Positions 16,237-32,823 are shown, counted from the stretch's first letter. The stretch is 64,000 nt of DNA from Eledone cirrhosa (GCA_964016885.1 OZ024740.1:310682001-310746000), one strand, 5' to 3'. Made by a program: numbers and translations. The notes: a model not told the origin generated them from the letters alone.

Positions 16237-16686
16237 ATATATATTGGTAAACGGAATAGAAAATGCTGACAAATTGTTCACAGTTGAAAAATGGTTTAAT
16301 TAGGAATAAAAGAGTATTAGTGATTGTATGGGTTAGTATTCAGTTGTGGTTTTAAGTTTTTAAGTTTTTATCGGTTGCGCATTTCTAAATGCTTTTCAAA
16401 AATAATTTTGAGATAGAGTGTCCGTGCTGTTTGCTCTGATCTGATTAGTTTTGGGATTTCTACCTGTTTTTAGGTTAAAAAAGTGGCTCCAGCGTTATTT
16501 TTGTGTTGCAAAAATGCTTGTGGTCAAAACAATTTTGATTGGTCGGTAGAGGTCATGTGAATGTAAGAAGTTGATTTTGAGCCAAGACTGTTTTTATGTT
16601 AAAAAAGTGGCTCCAGCAAAAATTCTTGGTCAAAACAATTTTGATTGGTCGGTAGAGGTCATGTGGATAAAAAATTGGTTTTGCGC

Positions 16687-16886
16687 NNNNNNNNNNNNNN
16701 NNNNNNNNNNNNNNNNNNNNNNNNNNNNNNNNNNNNNNNNNNNNNNNNNNNNNNNNNNNNNNNNNNNNNNNNNNNNNNNNNNNNNNNNNNNNNNNNNNNN
16801 NNNNNNNNNNNNNNNNNNNNNNNNNNNNNNNNNNNNNNNNNNNNNNNNNNNNNNNNNNNNNNNNNNNNNNNNNNNNNNNNNNNNNN
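16687..16886. other. Assembly gap (200 N)
   Basis: Run of n. Confidence 1.
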
Positions 16887-19049
16887 CCATTTCTTGCGAG
16901 AAAAGAAACTTCATAGATGTCGCCACGCAAGCTTATTTCCTCTATATTTCATTTGTGATATATCACAAATATATATTACGTAACATAATCTAATCATATA
17001 AAATATACAAACATTTGCATTATAATGTGCACGTGAGAAAATGATGGGGATTTAAATGCATTCACATTTGTAGTTAAAAAATTGTTCTAACTCATTTTCA
17101 CAAATTTCGAAGAGCAAAAGTTTGAGTGCATGCTGTAAGGTAGTCGATTATGTAAATTTAAAAAAATATATGTATGATGTGTAGAATAGATATCAATTGT
17201 TGCAAGGCAATTACTTTGCCGAGTTTAGATACAAGGATTTAATATACAGTGTTTCATTGTTTTATAGAACCTGTTTCATTAATAACAGTAATGTGACGAC
17301 CGAATGGATAAGATCATCGCTATTTGATTAAACGCCATAAGTTCCGAGTCTATGTCAACGTTGAGTGAGTGGCAAGTGTAACATGATGACAACACAAATT
17401 CATTTTCGTTTATTCTTGCTTTATTCAGCAATATTGCTAAGTGTTAATATAATCAATACTAAAGCATAAAACCATTATTAAATACATGAAACATTAGTAG
17501 TAAAGATATGAAATATTTAGGTAAACATATAAGAGACATTTTGTAAATCTCATTTTCATTAATAATTTACTATTTCAGTTAAAAATATATTTAAACTGTC
17601 TCCTTTATTACAGTTCGATTAAAATTAACGTTTACTTTGATTTCCAACAATGCCACATTGAAACATTTAAAGTAGTTAAGATGTTTTCGCTTGCATCAGC
17701 GGAGTCAAATCACAAACGTATTCATCCCGACTTCGTTTCTAGTCAGTCAAGTAACAATTCCCAAACCATTCGTTATTTAAGAGATTTTAGAAATAGAGGT
17801 AATATTTAATAGAGACAAAAATAAGTAAAGGTTATATGTCATATAATATAGACTCGTATAAGATGACGTCAGCTACGAGCAGATGGCATATATCTTTAGA
17901 GGTCTCATGTGAGCCTGCATGGCTTACTGTGGAATCTGCAGCTAAATCAATAGTTATCGTTTTAAATATTTATTTTTATTTTGAACGGTAGCTAGGAATA
18001 TGTTTCTATACTCCAAATTCGGATGCTGCATGTCATTTCAAACATTCATTCAGAATTCCGATTCCTTCTGATATCTGAGTAATGTCTATTGACGTATCTA
18101 TAGACACTTAAATGCCCACAAGATATCACGCAGCGATAAAGGAACTACGAATCAAAGTAATTTCTACTTGATACATACTTTACAGAAAAGTACTTACGAT
18201 AGAAGTATCCTACTCTTGAATTATTATAATATGCACCGGAGAATATTCATTTTTCCATCATTTTCAACGATCAATAATAGACGTATGTATACGGAGAATA
18301 TGAACAGAATACAAAACAAATTGGTGACATATACCAAATTTGAGGGATGAATACCTGTGTATGTGTTAATATAATGTTAGATGGTTAAGTAAAAGTTGAA
18401 ACTGTAATCGCTATTCAGTAAATTTATATTTTAATTCCTTTTACATAATCACATATGCTATAGATAGATAAGTAAAGAGAACTAATGACTTGTTGAAGAC
18501 ATTATGAATAAAAATATATTCTAAATATTGAGACATATAACAGAATTGGGATCTGGATTCATCAATTCTAATCAGATAAACATTGTGCTGCTAAACTTAC
18601 ATTGGGCATAATATAAACTAAATCTCTATCTTCTAGGCTACGTAATATGTACAACAAAGGAATTACGGGATAAGGCTACGGATGTATAATTATTTATTCA
18701 CCTTCTCCTGTACAATGCCTTTTAGCAAGGTAAAAGTGTATATTAATTGAGATGTACAATAATTACTTTAGGTTTCTAGATTTCTATCTTAGTGAAGATT
18801 TTACTGATGTAACTTTATTAAGTGTAAAACACCATTTGCCAGGATATTATCAATTCTCCCAAATTCACTAATATAGATATGTTCTCTATTTAATGCATTT
18901 CTGTGAAAATTGTTCTCCAGACATCTGCGAATTATCCACGGAAAGATGGTTTTGTTTGTCACATTAGTGATAAACAAAACCATACACATATTAGCTCACA
19001 GATGTGCTCAGTACTTCGAGAGATACGCGTTGAAATAAAGCTAATAATT

Positions 19050-19180
19050 GTTTCTACTTTTTGGCACAAAGCCAGCAATTATCGCAGTGCATTACGGGTA
19101 CTTTATTTTATCGACGCCTAAACATGAAAGGCAAAGTGAACCACGGTGGGATTTGAACTCAGACCGTAAAGGACCGTAAC
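19050..19180 (-). mobile_element. tRNA-derived SINE fragment
   Basis: Reverse complement has B-box gagttcaaatcc followed by ctttgcctttcat...gtcgataaaataaagtacc, as in 60132-60355. Confidence 0.75.
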
Positions 19181-20054
19181 TCTCTGCTGCAAATATATGA
19201 ATGCATTACATGCAACTGGAAGCATCTAACTGTATAAAGTTCTATTCAGTATAAGTGAAGATAACGCAGTTATATCGCTATCAGTGTTTGGATGTTGTAT
19301 ACTTATATTTCAGTGTCATTTCTCATCATCGACTGACACTAACCTACGCCTAGATACCAAGGAAATAACAACATTAGAGGAGGCTTTGATATGAATCACA
19401 ACTTGAAGTACCCACAGCGGAGGAAAATGTTTATTATATATAAACATATTATATGAACTTTATAACAACATTTATTCTGAACCTTGGTGTATTACAGCTA
19501 TTGCTATTTAATACTTGACAGGTAAGATTATACGATATGTATATAAACTTTCAACAAAATAGTTTGTATACAAAATTTGAGAGGCTTTATAATATTTCAT
19601 TCCTTGTTTTTAAGCGTACGAAAACAACTGATGATGATAAGAATAACACTGAAATATACTTAGAAATCCCTTCTTTTACGTGATATATCGCTGCTTTAAA
19701 CAATCGTAGTGAGACTAAATTCATGATTTTTGTGCATAAAAATAATGTATGTGGAACCATATAAACATATTTCCTGCATCACGCTGTGATAGTGCTATCA
19801 GTAAATAATTCCTATTTGACGCCGCCTAATTCAGCATCAGTATACTTCTGGATTACTGTTGAGAATAGTTTAATTATTAATTAGGAATATGATGAACTTA
19901 TATAACACAGGAAATCGAGATAATAAGCGAAGAGAACATTTTAAATATTCTGTTTATCGCGCTAATTAACTTCGCAGACAGTCTATCAGATACATACTAA
20001 GTGTATATATATATATATATATATACATATATATGTGTGTGTGGGTGTGTGTGT

Positions 20055-20101
<47 letters not shown>

Positions 20102-20302
20102 TGTGTGTTTGTGTGTGTGTATAGATATACTGTATATATAGTGTCTTTCTACCATTTGAGAGTAAAATGGCAATAATCTAATAATCTAATGTTTTATTGA
20201 AGCACAAAGAGTTATCTACACTCACATGCACATACGCAGGTATATATGTATATACATGCTTATATACATATATATGTAGATATATATATATGTATATATA
20301 TA

Positions 20303-20358
<56 letters not shown>

Positions 20359-20394
20359 GATACATATATATATACATATATATATATATGTGTA

Positions 20395-20475
20395 TATTAC
20401 TCTCTTTTACTCTGTTACCTGTTCCAGCCATCCGACTGATGCGATGCTGGGGCACCGCCTTTGTTACTACACAAT
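20395..20475. mobile_element. Short fragment of a common cephalopod-type SINE/repeat end
   Basis: ctcttttactctgttacctgttccagcc...atgctggggcaccgcctt resembles a repeat terminus recalled from octopus genomes (recognition only). Confidence 0.45.
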
Positions 20476-20531
20476 CTATATATCTATATATATATGTATA
20501 TATATATATATATATGTGTGTATGTGTGTTA

Positions 20532-20568
<37 letters not shown>

Positions 20569-20719
20569 AAGAGAGGGAGGGGTAGAACACTGGAATGTAA
20601 TATCCGTAGTGGTAGAGCACTCAGTCCATGGGACGAGTTAGGTAGAACTCGTACTGAGCTGAAGATCCGCTAAGGTGAAACAATTGTGTATGGTGAACTA
20701 ACTGTTGTGTTACCACTTC

Positions 20720-20811
<92 letters not shown>

Positions 20812-20983
20812 TGTTGTCTCTGATGATCTGATTTAGCTAACATCGTATTTGAAAATGAGTGGCACTGCTTCTAGTGTTCAACAATTTTGGGACAACTTAA
20901 TCAGTGAAACAATTGTTAGACTGCAAATAAACCCCCTTTTTTGTACTGTTGACCATGTTATTCTTCACTTTTTCAATCAGAGA

Positions 20984-22460
20984 GAGCTGGCGATGTTGCC
21001 AATCTATTTATGGTATGGTGGGAAAGGAGACTCAGATAACTCCTAGAAGAGAACTCCATAGTCCTCGTCATGTACTCTCGTTACGAAGACGATATTAATA
21101 TAATAATAAGAATACCCCCACAAGAGAGTACCAATAAACCTGAACTAGAAAATAGCACAATGGTGAGCATCCAGCAGATAGCTAACTCCATACACCAGAG
21201 TATAACTGTAACTATTGACTACCTTTCCAAACACCCTAACAATAGAGTATCAGTATTAGACACGGAACTCTGGTTAAACACTATAAACGAGAGGGCCCAA
21301 ATTCTCCACTCACATTATGCTAAACCCATGGCCTCCAAATACCTGATACTCAAAATCTCAACAATGTCCAATAGTGCTAAGTTTAATATTCTGATTGCAG
21401 ACTTGGTAAGAGGGATGAAGTATGTGCCCCGCATGTGCGACCCAACTGAAATGGAAAGACACATCCAACACTTCATCAATCGCATGCAGTTCTCTGGCTA
21501 CAACCAAAGAGACAGAATCAAAGTATATAAAGGAGCCACAGAGAAATATAAGACCCTCATAGAAATGGACATGAGAGGAATTTGCCCATTATACACGAGC
21601 AAATCATGGAAAAGCTTAGATAGGGAAAGCCACTTCATGGTACGACAACCAGAGATACCAGAGTGTCATGTTCGTGGACGCTACTTCTGGAAGGAAATTA
21701 GCTAACCGATGTAGAAAGGCCCTAAGAAACACCCATCCAAAGATTAAAGTAGTAGAAAAGCCAGGAACTACCATAAAATCCTTGATCAGCAAGACATACC
21801 CCTTTAAGAAAGCCCACTGTACGAATAAGAAATGTGTTATATGTAGAATGAATCCTCAAATAAATTGTAAAACTAGAAATGTAGTCCATAGCATAAGATG
21901 TACAGAGGGTACTTGCAGAAACATGACAACGACATACATAGATGAGACAGCTCGAAGCATAGAAGAATAGACCAACACTTAACTAAAATGACAAAAACAT
22001 GATTTTTTTTCAGCATGATATGAACACGCCAGACAAAGTCATGATGTTAATATAGATAACATAGAAATTAAAATGATATCGAAACATAGAAATGACTTAA
22101 CAGGTAGGCAAATCAGAGAAGCAACTGAAATATAACTAAGAAAACCAAAGTTAAACAGAAAAAAACGAATGGAATAACAACAACTATACCCAAACACAAT
22201 ACTGACCTAAGGGAAACATAAATAAATATATATATATACACAAGTACAATAACAACAAACACACACTACTGAACAAAGATAGAATACAAAAACACAGACT
22301 CAAACACGAACACACACGCAAACGCATGCGCAAACAGAGACAGAGACAAGAATAGATAAACTAATTAAATAAAAATGGCGTAGACGTTACGATACAACAG
22401 GAAACATAATAGTACCACTGTTGTTGTCACAGATGTGTGACGAAAGAACTTTGATACACT
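20984..22460 (+). pseudogene. 5'-truncated, frameshifted Penelope-like element (RT C-half, Cys linker, GIY-YIG; Neptune-like)
   Basis: AGDVANLFMVWW, YSRYEDD, VLDTELW, HYAKPMAS, MQFSGY, MFVDAT, CxxxxCxxC...CKTRNVVHSIRC...YIDETARS; decayed hammerhead (gtcacagatgtgtgacGAAAgaactt) near 22415-22455. Confidence 0.88.
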
Positions 22461-22480
22461 ATATATATATATATATATAT

Positions 22481-24340
22481 AACGAAAGAAATGTGGTAAG
22501 GAACCAGGTGGACCATAACGCACCAAAGTACTCAATACTTGATGTAGTAGAGTGGGTAATAGGAACCAGTAAGACCCCGACAGCTGAGCTCAAGCCGTTT
22601 CGACGGCTAATTCTGGACTAAATGAAAATTTATCCTGGTATTTAAATAGCCGATCTTCTCAAGGGGTAATTCCATATATGGTCAAAGTGATTGTCAAAAA
22701 TCAGTAGTAATTCTGTGGTTGCAAATTAGTAGGGGAGATGGTGGCTAAACCTGCCAGTAGGAGAAAGAGGGGAGGGGTGGAGTAGACCCAATCAAGCGTT
22801 GGTAGTGCCAGCTACAGCTGGGCATGAGGTCAAAGAAGATACAGGGGAGGGGGAGGGGGAGGAAGTCGGAACGGTAGGTAGAACAAAGGGGGGTAGAAAT
22901 AGGAAAGAAAAAATACTGAGAGTGAAGAAAAGCAAATAAGTGTAAAGAAAAAAGTAAAGTAAATTAAATTCTACGACCTAGGTCTCAGGCTATTGTTAGG
23001 CGAGAATAAAATAAAGAAAGAAAGAAAAAAGTAAAGAAATAAATAAATAAATAAATAAGGAAATAAGTAAAAGAACTAGGTGGGACGGGAGAGGCAAGGA
23101 CCCTTTTAAGAGGTATAAGTACGTAAATGATACGGTGACGGGTCAACAAAAGGGGCCAAAATACTAAAGAGACTACCACGAAATAAACAATAAAGGTTTC
23201 CATCCCGGGCCAGCAACGACCCAGTGCAGCAAAGTGAACTTGTATGAGATAATAATTCTGAGTCCCGAGAAAAATATATACTAATGCTAACTCTAAAAGA
23301 TCTAAAACAAGCTACATGAAAGTTCGTACGAAATAAAGGTAGAATACGGAGAAATAAATTCAGAATCCACCCCGCCCAGAAGAAAAGCGAAGCAAGAAAT
23401 ACTGAAACGAAAAAATAAGGCATAAGTGCCACTAAGAAATATAGAGGGCACAGAGAATAGTGGGAGCGGTCGGAAAAAGGGGGCAAGTATCCGGGGTCTA
23501 AGCCAACTGCTATAAAGGGCGGAGTCCGCCAAATCTATCATAGACTAGGGAGGGGGTGGTGGGGGTACTAAGGCTACATGGGGCCAAAGGGCAGCCTCGG
23601 GTGGGCGAGAAAAGACGCCGACAAAGGAGAAGAGCTGGGGTAGAAGGACAAAGGAGAGAGGGGGGAAGGAAATAAAGGAAGCGATAAAAGAATACAAAGA
23701 AGATCTTACGTCTTCCTTGGCAAGCAGGTAGTCTCTTTAGTATTTTGGCCCCTTTTGTTGACCCGTCACCGTATCATTTACGTACTTATACCTCTTAAAA
23801 GGGTCCTTGCCTAATCCGTCCCACCTAGTTCTTTTACTTATTTCCTTATTTATTTATTTATTTATTTATTTACTTCTTTCTTTCTTTCTTTATTTTATTC
23901 TCGCCTAACAATAGCCTGAGACCTAGGTCGTAGAATTTAATTTACCTTACTTTTTTCTTTACACTTATTTGCTTTTCTTCACTCTCAGTATTTTTTCTTT
24001 CCTATTTCTACCCCCCTTTGCTCTACCTACCGTTCCGACTTCCTCCCCCTCCCGCTCCCCTGTATCTTCTTTGACCTCATGCCCAGCTGTAGCTGGCACT
24101 ACCAACGCTTGATTGGGTCTACTCCACCCCTCCCCTCTTTCTCCTACTGGCAGGTTTAGCCACCATCTCCCCTACTAATTTGCAACCACAGAATTACTAC
24201 TGATTTTTGACAATCACTTTGACCATATATGGAATTACCCCTTGAGAAGATCGGCTATTTAAATACCAGGATAAATTTTCATTTAGTCCAGAATTAGCCG
24301 TCGAAACGGCTTGAGCTCAGCTGTCGGGGTCTTACTGGTT

Positions 24341-24345
<5 letters not shown>
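22481..24345 (-). mobile_element. Family C fold-back element: 619-bp inverted arms (22559-23177 / 23727-24345), 549-bp spacer, ~78-nt tail (22481-22558)
   Basis: Arms are near-exact reverse complements; both ends abut (TA)n; no credible ORF. Confidence 0.92.
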
Positions 24346-24385
<40 letters not shown>

Positions 24386-24499
24386 CTGTATTTTTAACCG
24401 TTGGTCAGTCAATGATAAACACTGATTGCCAGATAAATTAACTATGGAGATATAAAAGATACAGAAGCGAAAACCAATCCAAACCAAACAGGGAGTGTG

Positions 24500-24610
24500 T
24501 CTTATTATTATTTCTGGCAATATTATAACAATATGACACTCCCCAAATATAACGATATTTGTTTCAACACACGTTTTCATATGAAAAACCTTGCAAAACA
24601 AATATATATA
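24500..24610 (+). mobile_element. Diverged 3' end of the Neptune-like pLTR
   Basis: atgacactccccaaatataacgatatttgtttcaacacacgttttca matches 53632-53680. Confidence 0.6.
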
Positions 24611-25254
24611 TACAGTATATATCAACTAGAAATCGATTGATATATATATATAAAATATACATGTGAAACAATCACAGGGGATAATTTGTAAAGAGTGTAA
24701 TTACATACAGCTAGGTAGGTAACTAATTAAAGTTTAACTAGAACTTCAAATATAGATACCTTTTTAAAATGTTTAAACTCCTTTGTATATATTTCATTAA
24801 ATAAAGAAATATATTTAACCTTCAATCGGTAAATCACAGTAGTCAAATCCCGGATCGTCAGCAAAGGAGCCTTAATTGTAGAGCTAAATCAGTTGAAAGG
24901 ACTCGGCTGCTATTTATAGCTGTCGATAATCCTATTCACGCCACTGAGATGACGCTGGTAGAATGTATGTATTTTTTTAATGCACCACGTGCTTCGAGTC
25001 ATTCACAGATTTGCATTTGCTGTGTAAACACAGATAGTTAAATCTTCTCCCTTATATATATATATATATAATGCCATCATTGTGAGATTGAATCTAAGGT
25101 AAGCCCAAATCATAGTAGGTTTAAATATCACACGGAAAAAGAGAGAGAAAATGAGGTGTAACAGAAATGAAACATTGATTACAGGTTAAAATATAGTCTA
25201 GATAGATGAAAAACAAAACGAGGATATAGTTTATGAATCACCCAAATGATTTAA

Positions 25255-25701
25255 AAGTCGACCTTAAGTAGAAGAAATAACATTAAGAACGACATTATGA
25301 CACCACATCATTTTGTATTGAAAATTTTGAAAGTAGGTTTATAAGTATGAATTTTCATAAGGGTTTTGTAGCTGTCTCAGTGGAATAGCTGTAGGTACTA
25401 GAGACGTTGGTGATCCTTGTCTTGGGTTCAATTCTGGTCGAGAAGTACATGTAAACTTTTTCAGTTTTTATATTACATCCCAGAGAAAAAACTGAAAAGG
25501 CTAACCCGGAACCCTACTCCCGATCAGGATCGAACTTCAAACCAGGATTACCACCGTCTATGATTCCACCAACTAGGCCGCTGAGACAGCTACATAAGTA
25601 TAATGAAAATTAATAATTATAAACCTACTTTCAAAAATCAAAGTTAAAAAGTTGTCCTGTCGTTCGTGGCTTTTCTATTAGTTATATTTAAGGTCGACTT
25701 G
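25255..25701. repeat. Old, diverged inverted repeat with a tRNA-like motif in each arm
   Basis: aagtcgacctta/taaggtcgactt, ttgaaagtaggtttataa/ttataaacctactttcaa and gtagctgtctcag/ctgagacagctac pair up; B-box-like ggttcaattc and agttcgatcc. Confidence 0.65.
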
Positions 25702-26095
25702 TCAATCTTCTGGCTCTTTGGCAACAGCCTTATTATTCCTATGTGTGTTTAACTGTTGATTTAATTTAATTTGATTATTTTAACAAACAAATGATATATA
25801 TATATTATTGAAAGTCTCTGGATTTCGCAAAATACATATTTTTTATTGGAGAAGGTAAGATATTTTTCCACAAAAATTTGATTGCACTGTTTTGTTTCCA
25901 CTTATGTATTTTTTGAAAATGTTATTTATTCATTATAAAATTTAAATGATAACATTCTATATGTTGGTGGGCTGCCTTCATCTCCTGACAACCAACATTC
26001 TTAGATCCAGTCCGCCAGTGCTTGTGTGTATACTGTGACGATTGTGTTGTTATTTCTGTATAACTTTTACATATATATATATCTATTTATATATG

Positions 26096-27150
26096 AATGG
26101 AAAAGAATGAAATGAAATGAAATTTCTCACTCTTAGTACGGCTGATACTTAAATGTAAGTATGTATACGTACATACATATATGTATACATACGTACAGTA
26201 GTATGTATATATATACATACATGAACACATATACGTATCGGTTTACCGAACATTTATTATAATGTTCGGTTTGTTTGTAAACAAACAGCCCGAATTAAAC
26301 CGTACAGTGTTCGGCAACCATCATCGCCCTTTTGTTCAACACTGACAAAGGAACGATGTACTAGTTTCAAGCTTATTAGCTATCGACAGCATCGTATACC
26401 TTCCTGTCAGACGATTGAACGTTTGAAAGTATATACTTTCCTTATGCATATTAACGGCTGAGCAGTCTAATTTGCATACCGAGTGAGTTAGTCGGCCGGG
26501 CATACCGAAAACGATAAATGGAAAAGAATTAAATGAAATTTCATTTCTCACTCTTGATACGGAATATACTTAAAATGTAAGTATGTATACGTACATACAT
26601 ATATGTATACAGACGTACAGTAGTATGTATATATATACATACATGAACACATATATATATGTACGTATGGGTTTACCGAACATTTATTCTAATGTTCGGT
26701 TTGTTTGTAAACAAACAGCCCGAATTAAGCCGTATAGTGTTCGGCAACCATCGTCGCCCTTTTGTTCAACACTGACAAAGGAACGATAAATTAGTTTCAA
26801 GCTTATTATCTATCGTCAGCATCGTATACCTTCCTGTCAGATGATTGAACGTTTGAAAGTATATACTTTCCTTATGCATATTAACGATTAAGGTATACGA
26901 TGCTGACGATAGCTAATAAGCTTGAAACTAGTTCACCGCTCCTTTGTCAATGTTGAACAAAAGGGCGACGATGGTTGCTGAACACTGTACGGCTTAATTC
27001 GGGCTGTTTGTTTACAAACAAACCGAATATTATAATAAATGTTCGGTAAACCCATACGTACATATATATATGTGTACATGTATGTATATATATACATACT
27101 ACTGTACGTCTGTATACATATATGTATGTACGTATACATACTTACATTTA
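26096..27150 (-). mobile_element. Family D: ~1.9 tandem copies of a ~425-bp hammerhead-bearing unit plus a 5' inverted arm (26890-27150)
   Basis: aatggaaaagaat at 26096 and 26517; inverted copy from 26890; three hammerhead motifs. Confidence 0.88.
26353..26395 (-). ncRNA. Type I hammerhead (family D; further copies 26783-26825 minus and 26897-26938 plus)
   Basis: Three-copy consensus acgatg-CTGACGA-tagct(aata)agctt-GAAAC-ta-GTA-catcgt; this copy has the core variant CTGTCGA. Confidence 0.8.
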
Positions 27151-27550
27151 TTTATATATATATATATAGTGAGAGAGGAGAGGGACATCATAGGAGTAGT
27201 TTAAGTCGTTTGCTTGATAATGTTGATTATCTATATTTCTCGATGTTGTTATGGTGATGTATTATCCTAAATTGTACTAATACGATTATAAAGACGCGAG
27301 ACGTAAAAACACTTTTACTTTCAGAATGATAAATAAACCTAATAATTTGCAATCTGTCTATCAATATTTCACAAGTTACTAAGACGATAGTATATTTGCA
27401 ACACGCACAGTCACACACACGTACTTCAGCTTATATATATATATGTGTGTGTATGTGTGTATGTGTGTCTATATATACACATATATATATATGTGTGGGT
27501 GTGTCTATATATATATACATATATATGTGTGTGTGTGTGTATGTGTGTGC

Positions 27551-27581
<31 letters not shown>

Positions 27582-27914
27582 CACAAACACATATATATAA
27601 GTAGGAATGAGGTATTTGAGTATTATCATTAAATTTATTCAGGTGTGGCCTGCAGTTCGCGATTAATCAGTTCAAGGTTCGATCTGTATCGATCAAGCCC
27701 GACTCTAGAATGCAGAGCTCATCAGGCTCTTGGATCCGTTAAACGGACCCACCTACACATCGTGTGCTTAATTTGGTGAACCAACATAACATGAGGTTAC
27801 AATAAATTAAGCTATATATATATATATATCATACGTTGAGTTAGAAACTCAAAATAGTGTTTTACAATTAAATAACTCAAAGAAGGGAATCTGTCCGAGC
27901 CGTGTAATATATAT

Positions 27915-28075
27915 ATAGGAAGATATCCAGAAATAGCGTCCAGAAATAGCCGTCGAAACGGGTTGAGCTCTGCCGTCAGGTTCAAACATTTTCTTATTAC
28001 CCACTCTACTACCCTAAGTATTGAGTACTCTGGTGCGTTATGGTCCATCTGGTTCCTTACCACACTTCCTTCGTT
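27915..28075 (-). mobile_element. Family C relative (3' end)
   Basis: gccgtcgaaacgggttgagctc...ggttccttaccacacttccttcgtt then (AT)n. Confidence 0.85.
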
Positions 28076-28096
28076 ATATATATATATATATATATA

Positions 28097-30678
<2,582 letters not shown>

Positions 30679-30683
<5 letters not shown>

Positions 30684-30963
30684 AAGAAAGTGTGGTTAGA
30701 AACCAGGTGGACCATAACGCACCAGAGTATTCCATACTTAGGGGAGTAGAGTGGGTAATAGGAAAATAGTCAGGATCCCGACGTATGAGCCTCGGCCGTT
30801 TCGACAGCCAGATCCGAACTAACCCAATCCATATATGGGCATGCAGTACCTCTTGATAAGTTCAGCCAGATCCCCGCCGCCCTTATGCTGCTGGTGCTGG
30901 GTTAGTTCGGATCTAGCTGTCGAAACGCCCGGATCTAACCGTCGGGGTCCTGACTTTTTTCCT
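30679..30963. mobile_element. Diverged family C fold-back
   Basis: Tail and core at 30679-30830; inverted arm 30898-30963 ending ttttcct-(AT)n. Confidence 0.8.
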
Positions 30964-31839
<876 letters not shown>

Positions 31840-31964
31840 TGTAGGAGGTGAGTTTTATTGTAGCACAATAAAGCAATGCAAATATCGGATAAGTAGCACT
31901 CCACAGTTTATAGGACTGCAGTATAAATAATATAAGATCAAAAGATGGTTAAAAGAGTTCCATG

Positions 31965-32035
31965 TATTTTATTATGTGCATTTCAAAAACAAATATCATC
32001 ATGGGATGATATTTGCGTTCTCATCAGATAAAATA
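31965..32035 (-). ncRNA. Type I hammerhead (family G, minus copy)
   Basis: Reverse complement of 32159-32229 with one stem III change. Confidence 0.8.
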
Positions 32036-32158
32036 GGGAGACATTATATGAAGCTTAAAAAACACTTGCGAGCAGTGAAGTGTTAAATGAACATAATATA
32101 TGTTGATCTAACACTTCACTGCCCGCAAGTGTTTTTTAAGCTTCATATAATGTCTCCC

Positions 32159-32229
32159 TATTTTATCTGATGAGAACGCAAATATCATCCCATGATGATA
32201 TTTGTTTTTGAAATGCGCATAATAAAATA
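32159..32229 (+). ncRNA. Type I hammerhead (family G)
   Basis: tattttat-CTGATGA-gaacgcaaatatcatc(ccat)gatgatatttgttttt-GAAA-tgcgc-ATA-ataaaata; perfect 8-bp stem I, palindromic stem III atgcgcat. Confidence 0.9.
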
Positions 32230-32259
32230 CATGGAACTCTTTTAACCATCTTTTGATCT

Positions 32260-32338
<79 letters not shown>

Positions 32339-32444
32339 TGTGTGTGTGTGTGTGTGTGTGTAAAAGGTAAACAGAAATAGCAATACAATCGGTACAGTAT
32401 ATGTAAGGGATCTATTAGGTTAACGCTTGATATAGCAGGAAGAG

Positions 32445-32481
32445 GGTCTCAACCTTTGGACGCTAGTCCTTCATCAGAAGC
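32445..32481 (-). ncRNA. Degenerate hammerhead
   Basis: CTGATGA-aggac(tagc)gtcc-aaaggtt; GAAA and stem I damaged. Confidence 0.4.
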
Positions 32482-32595
32482 AAGAATGAGAAATAAGTTA
32501 GATTGAGGGGATGGGTGTGTTGGAATTGGAAAAAATGTCTTCAGATAAGAATAACAGGTCCATTCATGTTGACATCTCTTGCAATATATATATAT

Positions 32596-32760
32596 AACAA
32601 AGGAAATGTGTTAAGGAACCAGATGGACCATAACGCACCAAATTACTCAAAACTTAGGGTAGTATGACCCCGACGGCAGAGCTCAAGCCGTTTCGACGGC
32701 TATTTCTGGACCGGAAATAGCCGTCGAAACGGCTTGTGCTCTGCCGTCGGGGTCATACTT

Positions 32761-32765
<5 letters not shown>
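32596..32765. mobile_element. Miniature family C fold-back
   Basis: agtatgaccccgacggcagagctcaagccgtttcgacggctatttc followed by its reverse complement. Confidence 0.88.

Positions 32766-32823
<58 letters not shown>

Larger units (their letters stand above)
31840..32267 (-). mobile_element. Family G fold-back: ~160-bp arms (31927-32085 / 32109-32267) plus 87-nt tail
   Basis: Near-perfect inverted arms, each with a hammerhead; flanked by (TA)n. Confidence 0.92.

Noticed and set aside
16553-16993. ORFs containing X runs
   Set aside because: Artefacts of reading through the N gap
20655-20860. Hammerhead cores CTGAAGA...GAAAC (20659) and CTGATGA...GAAA (20820); also 19628
   Set aside because: No convincing stem I partner or NUH site; possibly decayed, but not supportable
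22985-23541. Hydrophobic minus-strand ORFs in family C
   Set aside because: Produced by T-rich low-complexity sequence, overlapping in different frames, with no motifs
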